From an uncultured delta proteobacterium (GTDB taxonomy: Bacteria; Desulfobacterota; Binatia; HRBIN30; BPIQ01): a DNA stretch of 64,000 nt. Each line of letters opens with the position of its first letter. Position 1 is the stretch's first letter. A program made the translations under genes and the position numbers. The stretch is from the NCBI GenBank assembly GCA_963761335.1, contig CAVXGR010000005.1, positions 192,001-256,000 of the forward strand. Reading direction: 5' to 3'. Shown piece by piece: positions 50,512 through 62,115 of this stretch. The notes beneath the pieces were generated by a model. The model was not told the origin of the DNA. It was given only the letters and a program-made list of their open reading frames with translations, and did no database searches.

Positions 50512-51945
50512 TTACTTTCCGAACCGCTGCAGCGACATCGGATCGAAGAGATTTTCGCGCAGCGGCACGCGGCGCTGGAAGGGCGCCTGCGCGTCGGGGC
50601 GCATGCCGCCGAGGGTAGCGCGGTCCTCCTTGAAGTTCTCGGCGCAGGCCCAGACCTGGGTGCTGGCGGGCAGCCATTCCTGATCCGGCGGTGAGCCAGC
50701 GGGATGATTGATCCTCGCCATCGTCTGGTAGGTGTTGATCAGCTCGCCGTTCCAGCTGAACTTCCGGTTCCACGAGCCGTCCCAGGTCTCGGCGTCGATC
50801 CACAGCTCGATGCGGCCGAAGAGGTAGTACTTGTCCTTGGGAGTGGCCTCGATGATCCACATCGGCCGCTTCGCCAGGCCGGCGTCGATCGGTGCCCAGG
50901 GCAGACCGGTCCAGCCCTCCTGGCGGTAGCCGACGGTCGGCGGATTGCGGTCGGTGAGGATGATCCAGCCGCCGCCGGGAATCGGGTCGATCTTCACCGG
51001 GCCGTTCACCGACTCCGGATCGACGACGCGGAGCCCGTCCTTGTGGCCGATCACCTTCCAGGTGAAGTCCTCCGGCTTGCCGTCGAAGAAGAAGCCGTCG
51101 TCGCCGCTGAGGTCGGAGCCGAGATAGCCGTCGGAGCGGTTCGCCGGGCTCACGGCGCGAACGCGGCGGATGGCGGGCACGTAGGCCCAGACTGAGTCGC
51201 GCTTGTCGGGGTCGCGGTAGCGCCAGGTGAGCGAGGCCGTGCCCTCGAGGTCGGCGGGCTTGAGGGCGGCGCCGAGGAAGCGGCTCTGCAGGTTGAGCGG
51301 GTTCGGCTGGCGATACTTGGGGGTCTGGCCGTCGAAGAACTGAAACCAGCCGTCGGCGACGATTTCGCGGTCGACACCGGTGTGGTTGAGCATGGTGACC
51401 AGGGTGCGGTTGTAGGAGTCGCCGCCGTACCAGTACGCCAGGAACTGGTTCCAGGCGATCTTCACCCCGGCCTTGGGGTCGTGCTCGTCGATCTTCGGGA
51501 AGGGAATGCCGTAGTAGAAGTCCGGCTGCTTTCCGGTGGCGCGATCGATGATGGTGCCGCGGTCGTCGACGTCCAGGCGCGTGGCGTTCTGCTCGGTAGC
51601 GTCGAGGAACGACTTCTCCCAGGTACCGGTTCCCAAGGGGTAGTCGATGATCGGGTTGCGGTACTCTCCCTTGGCGTAGTGCGCCAAGATCTCGGGTGGC
51701 AGCAGATCCTTGGCGAGCTGCGCGTTCTCCTTGCCGAGGACGTCGCCCACCTTCAGCCCGGGTGCTACCTCCGCCCCCGCGGCCGCCGCCTGCGGCGCGG
51801 CTTGCGGCTTGGCGGCGGTCGACTGCGGCGTGGGTTTCGCCGCATCGGCGGCGAAGGCGGCGGGCAGCGGCAGCAGCAGCGCCAGAGCGATTGCGAGACA
51901 GCCGGCGTGGTCGCCGGCGTTGCGGATCAAGTATCGGATGCGCAT
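50512..51945 (-). CDS. DUF1329-family exported protein
   Basis: Signal peptide, GIPFP, WAYVPAIRRVR, YLGSD..DD, IEATPKD.YY. Confidence 0.85.
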   Translation of the reverse strand: MRIRYLIRNAGDHAGCLAIALALLLPLPAAFAADAAKPTPQSTAAKPQAAPQAAAAGAEVAPGLKVGDVLGKENAQLAKDLLPPEILAHYAKGEYRNPIIDYPLGTGTWEKSFLDATEQNATRLDVDDRGTIIDRATGKQPDFYYGIPFPKIDEHDPKAGVKIAWNQFLAYWYGGDSYNRTLVTMLNHTGVDREIVADGWFQFFDGQTPKYRQPNPLNLQSRFLGAALKPADLEGTASLTWRYRDPDKRDSVWAYVPAIRRVRAVSPANRSDGYLGSDLSGDDGFFFDGKPEDFTWKVIGHKDGLRVVDPESVNGPVKIDPIPGGGWIILTDRNPPTVGYRQEGWTGLPWAPIDAGLAKRPMWIIEATPKDKYYLFGRIELWIDAETWDGSWNRKFSWNGELINTYQTMARINHPAGSPPDQEWLPASTQVWACAENFKEDRATLGGMRPDAQAPFQRRVPLRENLFDPMSLQRFGK

Positions 51946-52137
51946 CGATCCCCCTTTGGATGTGAGACCCTCGGATTCAACTGGACCCGGCCGCAGATTT
52001 CAACTGCGGCGCCACGGGACAGGCTACTTCTGCCCTTCGAGATCAGATGAGCGCGGCGGCAACAGCCGCAAAAGTTGCCTGTCCCCCACACCTTTCCTGC
52101 ATTGTCCCCCGATCGCCTCCGTCTAGCATCGACCGTG

Positions 52138-52167
52138 TTGACAAACAAACGTTTGTTCCGTTAAACA
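52138..52167 (+). promoter_or_regulatory. Promoter with perfect 14-bp palindromic operator
   Basis: TTGACA 52138-52143; AACAAACGTTTGTT 52144-52157; TAAACA 52162-52167. Confidence 0.7.
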
Positions 52168-52174
52168 ACCCCGC

Positions 52175-52651
52175 ATGTCGACGCGCCCGCATCCGGTGAG
52201 CGACTCGGTGGAGCCGATGCACCAGGACATCGTCATGGAGTTTCCGTACACGCGCTCCACCGGCGAGACCGTCGGGCGCTTTCTCGCCGGTCTGAAGGAG
52301 CAGAAGAAGATCTGGGGGCGGCGTGTCGCCGGACAGGGCGTGGTCGTGCCGCCGATCGGCTACTCCGAGATCGACGCCTCTCCTGCCGGCGAATGGGTCG
52401 AGGTGAAGGACAGCGGCGAGGTCACCGCCGTCGCCGTGGTGGAGCAGCCGATCGAGCACCTGCATCCGTTCGCGCAGCGCTTTGCCTTCGTGCTCGTCCG
52501 CCTGGATGGCGCCGACACGGCGATGGCGCACGTGGTGAAGGACGATCTCGACAAGCTGCGGGTGGGAGCGCGCGTGCAGGCGGTGTGGGCGGCGGACGGG
52601 CAGCGCGGCGGCACCATTCGCGACATCGAGTGCTTCCGCGTCGTCGGCTGA
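52175..52651 (+). CDS. DUF35/ChsH2-like OB-fold protein (Rv3521 N-half-like)
   Basis: YTRSTG..RFLAGL..VVPP..WVEV..G.V..FAFVLVRLDGADT...RVQAVW. Confidence 0.85.
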   Translation: MSTRPHPVSDSVEPMHQDIVMEFPYTRSTGETVGRFLAGLKEQKKIWGRRVAGQGVVVPPIGYSEIDASPAGEWVEVKDSGEVTAVAVVEQPIEHLHPFAQRFAFVLVRLDGADTAMAHVVKDDLDKLRVGARVQAVWAADGQRGGTIRDIECFRVVG

Positions 52652-52698
52652 GAACCGCAAAGGGCGCAGAGAGAGGCGCAAAGGACGCAAAGAAGAGC

Positions 52699-53199
52699 AT
52701 GAACGAGCCGCCCCGGGAGCCGATCACCTACATCAAGACGACGGTGCGGCTGCCGTACCACTACGTCGCCGGCGACTACAAGGCGCGATATCTGCGCGCC
52801 CTGAAGGACAAGGTGATCCTCGGCTCGAAGTGCTCGAAGACCGGCAAGGTCTTCGTGCCGCCGCTGGTGAACTCCCCCGAGAGCTTCGCGCCGGCGGACG
52901 AGTTCGTCGAGGTGCCGGACCGCGGTCTGATCACCACCTTCTGCGTGGTCAACATCCCGGTGATCGGCCGCAACCTCGAGCTGCCCTACGTCGTCGCCTC
53001 GGTCGCCCTCGACGGCGCGGCGCTCTCCATCTTCGCCCTGATCCAGGAGGCGAAGCCGGACGAGGTGCGCATGGGCATGCGCGTCGAAGCGGTGTGGAAG
53101 CCCGATGGCGAGCGCCAGGGCAGCCACGAGGACATCCTCTACTTCCGCCCCACCGGCGAGCCCGACGCACCCCTCGAATCCTTCATCCACCGCCTGTGA
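52699..53199 (+). CDS. DUF35/ChsH2-like OB-fold protein (Rv3521 C-half-like)
   Basis: GKVFVPP..VEVPDRG.ITTFCVVN..PYV..LDGA..VRMGMRVEAVW..YFRPTGEPD. Confidence 0.88.
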   Translation: MNEPPREPITYIKTTVRLPYHYVAGDYKARYLRALKDKVILGSKCSKTGKVFVPPLVNSPESFAPADEFVEVPDRGLITTFCVVNIPVIGRNLELPYVVASVALDGAALSIFALIQEAKPDEVRMGMRVEAVWKPDGERQGSHEDILYFRPTGEPDAPLESFIHRL

Positions 53200-53204
53200 G
53201 ATCC

Positions 53205-54319
53205 ATGTCGCTGCGCAACGTCGCCGTCGTCGGCTTCGCCCAGGAACCCATCGTCGCCCGTGACCAGCACCGCACGGCGCAGGAGATGCTCTACCCGCAG
53301 GTGCGGCGGGCGCTCGCCGACTGCGGCGTGGCCCGCGACGACATCGACTACCAGGTGGCGGGCTCCGCCGACTACATCGACGGGCGGCCGTTCGGCTTCG
53401 TCGCCTCGCTCGACTACATGGGCTCCTGGCCGCCGCGGCAGGACCTCCATCTGGAGATGGACGCCGCCTTCGCCGCCTATTACGCCTGGCTGCGCCTGCA
53501 GACCGGCGAATGCGACACCGCCATGGTGGTGGGCTACGGCAAGACCTCGGAGGGCGAGCCCGACGTGGTGCTGAACCTCCAGCTCGAGCCCTTCTACCAG
53601 GGCGCCATCGGCCTCGACCCGACCTCGACCGCAGCTCTGCAGGCGAGCGCCTACATGGCGCGCAGTGGCGCTACGGATCGCACCTTCGCGGAGGTGGCGG
53701 CGCGCCGCCGCGCCGCCGGGGCCCGCAACCCCGACGCGCAGGTGCGCGAGCCCGCTTCCGCCGACGACCTGCAGCGCACTCCCTTTGCGGTGGCGCCGCT
53801 GCGCCGTGGATACATCCCTCCCGTCGGCGAGAGTGCCGTCTGTCTCATCCTCGCCGCCGAGGGCAAGGCGGAGCGCATGTGCAGCAAGCCCGCCTGGATT
53901 CACGGAGTCGACCAGCGCGCCGAGCTGCAGACCCTGGGGGCGCGCGACCTGTCGCGCAGCGCCGGCGCCCGGATGGCGACGGAGAAGGCGCTGGCGATGG
54001 CCGGCCTCGAGAGTGCCCGCCAGGTCGATGTGCTCGAGCTGATGGCGACCAACCCCGCCGAGGAGCTGATCCTGCGCGAGGCCATGGGCGTTGCGGCGGA
54101 GGGAGGCGTGCCGGCGGTGAACCCCTCGGGCGGACCGCTCACCGGGAACCCGCTGATGATGACCGGTTTGATTCGCCTGGGCGAGGTCTTCCGCCAGCTG
54201 AGCGGCGCGGCCGCGGCGCACGCCGTGAGCGGCGCCGAGCGCGGCATCGCCCACGCGGTTGAGGGGCAGTGCCTGCAGCAGAACGTCGTCTGGGTTCTCG
54301 GGCGAGAGCGGAGGTGGAA

Positions 54320-54323
<4 letters not shown>
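53205..54323 (+). CDS. ltp4: SCP-x/thiolase-like protein, Ltp4-like
   Basis: VAVVGFAQ, GSADYIDGRPF, HLEMDAAFA.Y.AW, VNPSGG, TGLIR, CLQQN.V. Confidence 0.75.
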
Positions 54324-55471
<1,148 letters not shown>

Positions 55472-55554
55472 CTCAGTAGCCCAGTGGCTCGGTAGGTCTG
55501 AGTAACGGGCAACCAGTCGATCTCGGCGCCGCAATTCCTCTCAAGGAGCATTTC

Positions 55555-56367
55555 ATGTCTGAACCGGCCGTCCTCTATTCGAAGCAGGATCACGTCGCCA
55601 CCGTCACCCTCAACCGCCCGCAGGTGCGCAATGCCCTCAATGCGGAGATGCTCTGCCGTCTGGCCGACGCCTGGCAGAACATCATCGACGACGTCGAGGT
55701 GCGCGCCGCCATTCTCACCGGGGCGGGAGAGGACGCCTTCTGCGCCGGCGCCGATCTCGATCGCCTGGTGAGAATGATGCAGGGGCTGCGGCCACCGGAG
55801 GACGAGTTCGACCACCGCATCAAGAACGACGTCACCATCATCTACAAGGGTCTCCTGCGCAACATCGAGGTGCACAAGCCGATGGTCGCCGCGGTGAAGG
55901 GCTTCTGCGTCGCCGGGGGCATGGAGATCCTGCAGTGCACCGACATCCGCGTCGCCGCCGACGATGCGCAGTTCGGCCTCGCCGAGGTGAAGTGGAGCCT
56001 CTTTCCGATGGGCGGCTCGACGGTGCGGCTGCCGCGACAGATCTCTTACTGTCAGGCGATGGAGATCCTGCTCACCGGCGAGCGCATCCCGGCGCAGGAG
56101 GCGTGGCGCATCGGCCTGATCAACAAGGTCGTGCCGGCGGGAAAGGTGCTGGAGGAGGCGCAGCGCTACGCGTCGCTGCTCGCCGAGAACGGACCGCTGG
56201 CGGTGCAGGCGGTAAAGCGCTCGGTGCTCGCCGGGCTGGGCGTGCCGACGGCGGCGGCGCTCGACAAGGAGTTCGAGATCGGCGTGCCGGTGTCGATGTC
56301 GGAAGACTCGCGGGAAGGGACGAAGGCCTTCAAGGAAAAGCGCAAGCCGGTCTTCAAAGGGAAGTAG
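55555..56367 (+). CDS. Enoyl-CoA hydratase (EchA19-like)
   Basis: TLNRP..RNAL, FCAGADL, AGGMEILQCTDIRVA, LFPMGGSTVRLPRQI. Confidence 0.92.
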   Translation: MSEPAVLYSKQDHVATVTLNRPQVRNALNAEMLCRLADAWQNIIDDVEVRAAILTGAGEDAFCAGADLDRLVRMMQGLRPPEDEFDHRIKNDVTIIYKGLLRNIEVHKPMVAAVKGFCVAGGMEILQCTDIRVAADDAQFGLAEVKWSLFPMGGSTVRLPRQISYCQAMEILLTGERIPAQEAWRIGLINKVVPAGKVLEEAQRYASLLAENGPLAVQAVKRSVLAGLGVPTAAALDKEFEIGVPVSMSEDSREGTKAFKEKRKPVFKGK

Positions 56368-56416
56368 AGGCGGCGGCGAGGCTGGCAGAGAACCCCGCTG
56401 TTTTCCGTCGAGTTCT

Positions 56417-56551
56417 CCGTTCTCATTCTCGGTTCTCGTCCCGTCGTTTTCCATTGTTCTGCGAGCCGCGGCGAAACCGGTCAGCTGCGGGTTTCTCGGG
56501 GCTGTCAGAGCGAATGGAAAACGACGAGACGAGAACCGGGAATGAGAACGG
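56417..56551. repeat. Long inverted-repeat element (family C, second copy)
   Basis: 39-bp arms with 2 mismatches, homologous to 35245-35381. Confidence 0.85.
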
Positions 56552-56632
56552 GAATGGGGGAGATCCTGCGGTTCCTTCGCCCAACCGACCGGTGTCGCCG
56601 CTTTACCCGCCTGCGGTGATCTGCTGATCTGA

Positions 56633-57649
56633 ATGCCCATGTCCAGGCTTGCGGCGGTCCTCTTCGGACTCTTCCTCGGGCTGGCGCTGGCCGAGGTCGG
56701 CGATCGCCTGGTCACCAACGGGCAGCTGTCGCTGCCGCCGCAGTGGTGGGTGAATGACGCAGACCTGATCTTCCTGCACAACCCGGAGGTCTACCCCCAG
56801 ACCTTCGTCTACGAGGGGCCGTCGCCGCTGCGCGCCGGCGAGGTGCGCATCGCCTGCCTGGGCGGCTCGACGACGGCGGGATACAAGCTGCGCGGCGACC
56901 AGATGTGGCCGGCGGTCGCCGAGCGTGAGCTGCGCCAGAAGGGTGTCGACGCCCAGGTGCTCAACGCCGCCGTCGCCGGCTACGGCAGTCGCCAGCTGCT
57001 GGTCCGCTACCGGCGGGATGTGGCACCGCTCTCGCCCTCATACGTGGTCATCTACGAGGGCTGGAACAAGACGGGTGCCCTGGTGGATCCGGCGGAGTTC
57101 GTTCCCTTCGGTATCGACCTGCCCGGCGAAGGCGTGGCGCGAGGCGCGCTGGTCGGGCTCGGCCGCCACGTTCTGTTGGTGCGCCACGCCATCGGCGCGG
57201 TGAACCGCATCGAAGAGCGCTTCAGCCGCGCCGACTGGAAGCCCGACCAGCATCACGACATCTGGGTCGCCGATATGCGCGCCCTGGTCCAGGAGATCAT
57301 TGCCGACGGCCACACGCCGGTGTTCGTCATCTATCCGGCGCTCTACCACGCCGACATGACGCCGGAGGAGCTCGAGATCTACAAGCCGGAGATCGCCAAC
57401 TGGAAGTACTACCGCCCCAAAATGCTCTGGGAGCTCGGGCGCAAGCACGACGCCATCCGCTCCCTGGCGGCGGAGAACCACTTCCCGGTGATCGACGTCG
57501 AGAAGCAGCTGAGCGGCTACCGCGGCGCGGCGCGCGCCCGCCTCTTCTTCGACGAGATGCACATGACCCGCGACGGCGAAGAGCTCGTCGGCAAGATCGT
57601 CGGCGACGGGCTGGCGGCGATGATCGAGGCGCGCCGGCGGGCCTCGTGA
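56633..57649 (+). CDS. Membrane-anchored SGNH/GDSL hydrolase
   Basis: LGGSTT, NAAVAGY, GWN, DEMH blocks. Confidence 0.85.
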   Translation: MPMSRLAAVLFGLFLGLALAEVGDRLVTNGQLSLPPQWWVNDADLIFLHNPEVYPQTFVYEGPSPLRAGEVRIACLGGSTTAGYKLRGDQMWPAVAERELRQKGVDAQVLNAAVAGYGSRQLLVRYRRDVAPLSPSYVVIYEGWNKTGALVDPAEFVPFGIDLPGEGVARGALVGLGRHVLLVRHAIGAVNRIEERFSRADWKPDQHHDIWVADMRALVQEIIADGHTPVFVIYPALYHADMTPEELEIYKPEIANWKYYRPKMLWELGRKHDAIRSLAAENHFPVIDVEKQLSGYRGAARARLFFDEMHMTRDGEELVGKIVGDGLAAMIEARRRAS

Positions 57650-57653
57650 GCTC

Positions 57654-59009
57654 CTATCGACCCTCGAGCTGGCGCAGCTTCAGGTAGAGGAGCCCCATCA
57701 CCAGGACGATCAGCGCCAGCGGAATCAGCAGGTTGCGGCGCCGGTTCCAGGCCTCCTGCAGAGTCGACTTGGCCGAGGCCTCGGTCTTCTCGGCCGTCTT
57801 GATCGCGGCATCGGCGGCCTTGACCACGACGTTGGGGTCGCCGAGGTGGGTGTCGGTGCGCACCTTGATCAGCGCCGGGCGTACCTCCTCGTTCAGAGTG
57901 TACTGTTCGTCGCTGACCTCCATGCCCATCTGGCTCGCCTTGGTGAGCGTCGCCTCGGCATTGGTCACCACCGTCTGCAGCTGGTCGATCGCCTGGCGCA
58001 TCTCCACGGCGCCCTTGTAGCCGTCGCTGCCGGGTTGGTGGCAGCGCCGGCACACGGCGCCTTCGTCGCCGCCGAGCATGAAATCGCCGGTGTGGTGGAT
58101 CTCGTGGTTGCTGTGGCAGGTGACGCACTGGGGCAAACCGAGGCGATCGAAGGCCGCCTTGTGCGGGCTCTTGAGGAAGTAGGTGGCGTTGTTGACGTGG
58201 CACTGGCCGCACACCTCGGCGATGGAGTTCACCCCCGGCGGGTAGGCGCCGTGGTTGCCGTGACAGTCGTTGCACGCCGGCGCCGAGAAGTCGCGCTGCA
58301 CGAGGAGGGCCTCGGCGTGAACGCTCTTCTTCCACTTTTCCTCCTGATCGGTGGGGATCTTGTACTCCGCCATGTACTGCGGGTTGGAGTGGCAGTGACC
58401 GCAGGTGTCGGGAACGTTGGCCGGAAAGACCTTCGACTCGGCGCGGTCGGGAGGCAGGATGCCGTGCACGCCGTGGCAGCTCACGCAGGTCGCCACCTTC
58501 TGGTCGCCGTTTTTCAAGCGCTGGCCGTGGACGCTCGTCCAGTACTGCGACAGCTGATCGGTCGGCAGCTTCGGGTCGAAGCGGCGCATGTAGGTCTCGT
58601 TCGCGTGACAGCGACCGCAGAACTCCGGGATCTGCTGGTGCTTGGGTGCGCCGCGAAAGCCCTTGGCCGGGTCCATGGCGCTGGGATCCATGACCGTCGG
58701 GTCGCCGCCGTGGCAGTCGGCGCAGGAGAGGCCCTTGTCGGCGTGGATGTCGTGCTCCATTCCCTTCACCGGGGCGCCCAGCTTGTCGGGTAGCACCTTG
58801 TGACACTCGATGCAGCTGTTCACCGCCGGCGTCGTTCCCGCCGCCTCGACCGCCGGCGCCGCCGTGGGTGTGGGCGTCGGCTGGGCCCGGGAGGTACGCG
58901 GCCCGAGGGCGACGATCACCGCGCAGCCGAGCGCAACGAGCAGGCAACGCGCCGAGACCGCGGCGAAGCCGTGCCGCGGCGCGCGCTCAGTAGGGCTTGA
59001 GATACGCAA
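57654..59009 (-). CDS. Nonaheme cytochrome c with C-terminal membrane anchor
   Basis: Nine CxxCH motifs (CIECH, CADCH, CGRCH, CVSCH, CGHCH, CNDCH, CGQCH, CVTCH, CRRCH), signal peptide, terminal TM helix; start uncertain. Confidence 0.92.
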   Translation of the reverse strand: MRISSPTERAPRHGFAAVSARCLLVALGCAVIVALGPRTSRAQPTPTPTAAPAVEAAGTTPAVNSCIECHKVLPDKLGAPVKGMEHDIHADKGLSCADCHGGDPTVMDPSAMDPAKGFRGAPKHQQIPEFCGRCHANETYMRRFDPKLPTDQLSQYWTSVHGQRLKNGDQKVATCVSCHGVHGILPPDRAESKVFPANVPDTCGHCHSNPQYMAEYKIPTDQEEKWKKSVHAEALLVQRDFSAPACNDCHGNHGAYPPGVNSIAEVCGQCHVNNATYFLKSPHKAAFDRLGLPQCVTCHSNHEIHHTGDFMLGGDEGAVCRRCHQPGSDGYKGAVEMRQAIDQLQTVVTNAEATLTKASQMGMEVSDEQYTLNEEVRPALIKVRTDTHLGDPNVVVKAADAAIKTAEKTEASAKSTLQEAWNRRRNLLIPLALIVLVMGLLYLKLRQLEGR

Positions 59010-60090
59010 GCGACACCATGGTGATGATGAAGACGATGATCAGCACCCCGATCAGCGTGAACACCGGGCTCCGGCGGTCGCGCGCCGCGTTGCGATCGAG
59101 GAACGGGACCAGAAAGAGGAAGAGGCCGCCCAGGCCGAAGCCACAGATGCCGACGATGTCGCCGTCGATGCCGAGAATCTTGCCGGGCAGATATTTCAAG
59201 CTCTGGGACATGAACGTGAAGTACCACTCCGGGTGGATGCCGGCCGGCGCCGAGGCAAACGGGTCCGCCTTGGCGCCGAGCTCCCAGGGCAGGAAGGTGC
59301 AGAGCACGATCAGGACGCCGAGCACACCGAGCCAGAGGATGGCGTCGCGAAGCATGAACCCGGGGTAGAACGGCATCCCCTCGACCTTCTTCCCCTTCGA
59401 CGAGATCGACTCGCTCATCCCCTGGCGCTGGATGAAGAGGAGATGCAGCCCCAGAACGGCGGTGAAGGCGGCGGGCAGCATGGCGACGTGGATACCGAAG
59501 AACCGCGTCAGGGTGGCGCCGCTGACGCTCTCGCCGCCGCGCAGGAGGTCGGCGATGGCGGGACCCACGACCGGCACGAGACCGGCGATGTCGGTCCCGA
59601 CTTTGGTGGCGAAGAACGCCAGCGTGTTCCAGGGCAGCAGGTAGCCGGAGAAGCCGAAGGTCATGGTCAGCAGCAGCAGCACCATCCCGGTCATCCAGGT
59701 GAGCTCCCGCGGCGGGCGGTAGGCCTTCAGGAAGTAGACGCTGAACATGTGCACGAAGACGGTGAACACCATCAGGTTCGCCGACCACGAGTGCAGCGAG
59801 CGGATCAGCCAGCCGAACGGAACCTGGGTGACGATGAACTGAACGCTCTCGTACGAGCTGTCGGCGCCGGGCTTGTAATAGAAGAGCAGCAGCAGGCCGG
59901 TGGCGACCTGAATGCCGAAGAGAAAGAGGGAGACGCCGCCGAAGTAGTACCAGGTGGAGCTGACGCGGCCTTCCATGGGGACGGTCTTGTGACGCAGGAA
60001 CTCGATCGCCCCACTGATGCCGAGACGCTCGTCGAACCAGCGAGCGACCCCAGACCGAGACGGGCTAGGCGCGCCGGGAGACGACGACAT
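58987..60090 (-). CDS. Cytochrome b of a Rieske/cytb complex
   Basis: GWLIRSLHSW..HM, GYLLPW, TLTRFFGIH..LHL, HPEWYF. Confidence 0.95.
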   Translation of the reverse strand: MSSSPGAPSPSRSGVARWFDERLGISGAIEFLRHKTVPMEGRVSSTWYYFGGVSLFLFGIQVATGLLLLFYYKPGADSSYESVQFIVTQVPFGWLIRSLHSWSANLMVFTVFVHMFSVYFLKAYRPPRELTWMTGMVLLLLTMTFGFSGYLLPWNTLAFFATKVGTDIAGLVPVVGPAIADLLRGGESVSGATLTRFFGIHVAMLPAAFTAVLGLHLLFIQRQGMSESISSKGKKVEGMPFYPGFMLRDAILWLGVLGVLIVLCTFLPWELGAKADPFASAPAGIHPEWYFTFMSQSLKYLPGKILGIDGDIVGICGFGLGGLFLFLVPFLDRNAARDRRSPVFTLIGVLIIVFIITMVSLAYLKPY

Positions 60091-60517
60091 CCTCACCTCT
60101 CACGTTCACGTCGAACGACTCGAGGGGCGTCGGCGGTGGGCCGCCGACATTCTTCCCGGCGAGATTGTAGCGTCCGTTGTGGCACGGGCACCAGATCAGC
60201 TCGAGGTCGCTGCGGAACTGCACCGTGCAACCGAGGTGCGTGCAGACGGCGGTGAAGGCCCGAAACTGCCCCGACGGCAGGCGGATGAGAATCCCGGGCT
60301 TCGAGCCGAAGCGGAAGATCAGCCCTGAGTTCGGCTTGACCTGATCGGCCTTCGCCGCCACGACACTGCTCGCCGAGGTCTCCTGAACCTTCGGCGTCGT
60401 GAGATAGCGGGTCACCGGGTAGAGCACGGCACCGAGAAAGGCGAGAAGGCCGCCGGACAGGAAGACGTCGAGCAGGCGGCGGCGGCTCACCTCGTTGTCT
60501 GCCGTGTCGGCGCCCAT
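60065..60517 (-). CDS. Rieske iron-sulfur subunit
   Basis: SRRRLL Tat anchor, CTHLGC, CPCH, GPPP.PL. Confidence 0.95.
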   Translation of the reverse strand: MGADTADNEVSRRRLLDVFLSGGLLAFLGAVLYPVTRYLTTPKVQETSASSVVAAKADQVKPNSGLIFRFGSKPGILIRLPSGQFRAFTAVCTHLGCTVQFRSDLELIWCPCHNGRYNLAGKNVGGPPPTPLESFDVNVRGEDVVVSRRA

Positions 60518-60992
60518 CCAGCTTTGTCTGCCAGCGAACAGCTGTTGCGTCAAGGTGGAAAGTCGCGGAATGTCCAGACTTGTCGCGACCACACAGGGCG
60601 TGCCCTGGGCAGAGCATTTGACTCGACTCGCCGCCTGCTCGATGGTTTGCTCCCATGGAAGACCGTCTGGAGCTTCGGCGAGCGACCGCTGCGGACCTCG
60701 AAACCTCTGGCTAGGTTCATGTGCCCCCCGGCGCTCCGTGATCGTAGCCGGGGGTTTCAACCCCCGGCGGGCGGGAACGATGTCCCTCCGCACCAAAGAA
60801 GCGGCGCGGCAGTGCACGAGGAAAGCGGCGAGACGCCGCTTCTACTTGGCTCACTTGCCGTTGGAAAGCATTCGCCGCCGCTCAGGCGGCGGCCAGTCGC
60901 CGAACGAGTCGCGATGGTCGCCGCGAGGTCCAGCGGCGCCGTATGCATCGGTTCTTCCGGGGACGCCGCCGCTGTTGTATGGTCGCCGCACC

Positions 60993-61703
60993 ATGCGCAT
61001 CTCGGGGCTCTTCGAGGACATCACCGCCCCCTACGGCGCCGTCCAGGCGTGGACCTACGATCGCATCATCGCGCCTGCGGTCACGGAGCTTCTCGAAGGG
61101 AATCTCGGCGAGATCATCGACGAGATTCCCGAAGGCGCCCAGATGCTCGACGTCGGCTGCGGCGGCGGTCAGGCCCTCGAGCTGCTTGCCGGGCGGCGGC
61201 CCGACCTCCGCCTCCACGGCGTCGACCTGTCGCCGGGTCAGGTGGCGCGGGCGCGCGCTCGACTCCGCAATCGCGCCACCATCGTCGAGGGCAGTGCTCT
61301 CGCGCTCCCCTACGCCAGCGACCGCTTCGACTTCGTCTTCAGCGACGCCTCGATCAAACATTGGACCGATCCCGCCCGAGGGCTTCGCGAGTGCGTCCGC
61401 GTGCTCCGCCCCGGCGGCCACCTGGTCGTCACCGAAGCCGACCGCGGCTGCCGTCTCGAGGACGCCGCCGCCTTCGTCCGCAAGTGGTGGCTGCCGCGGG
61501 CCGTGTCGCCGCTCACTCTGGCGTTCTTCCGCACCTGGGTCGCCGGCCGGGCTTTCGATCTCGCCGAGCTCGAAGCTTTTGCCGCGGCGCTGCCGCTCGA
61601 CGAGTGGCGGGTGTGGCGAATCGAGGGCACGCCCGGAATTGCGCTCGAGGGCGTCAAGCACCCGAAGCCGCAGTCGGGCAAACGCCGGAAGAAAAGTGAC
61701 TGA
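60993..61703 (+). CDS. Class I SAM-dependent methyltransferase
   Basis: LDVGCGGG, GVDLS, LPY..RFD, RVLRPGG. Confidence 0.9.
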   Translation: MRISGLFEDITAPYGAVQAWTYDRIIAPAVTELLEGNLGEIIDEIPEGAQMLDVGCGGGQALELLAGRRPDLRLHGVDLSPGQVARARARLRNRATIVEGSALALPYASDRFDFVFSDASIKHWTDPARGLRECVRVLRPGGHLVVTEADRGCRLEDAAAFVRKWWLPRAVSPLTLAFFRTWVAGRAFDLAELEAFAAALPLDEWRVWRIEGTPGIALEGVKHPKPQSGKRRKKSD

Positions 61704-62115
61704 GAAACGATCGCCTCGAGGAGCGGCAAGCGAATCACCACCGGCAAGCAGTGAGGCAAGCAGGTAGGATTTGAGCGGGCGCCGGGCATCCAGCTAACCG
61801 CGGTAGGTACGCCCGGTGCGGCGATAGCTCGCGGCCGAGCGGATTCGGGCGGCCATCCGAGTGCCTCCGCCGCGAACTCGTCGCCGCTCAAGACGCGCAG
61901 CCCATAGGGCCGCAGCGAGGGGTTGATGAGTGCGCTTGATCTCCTGGTGCTCGCCGAACGGGCAGCAGCCAGTGGACCGCACCTCACCCGCGTGGCGGCG
62001 CGCCTGCCGCCGAAGCCGGCAATCTGGTTGCGCTCGGTGCTACGCGAGCACCTCTGTCGCGGTGGGAACCTTCGCGGAGGTGTGCTACAGCGCCTTCACG
62101 TGGGAGGTGGATGGG

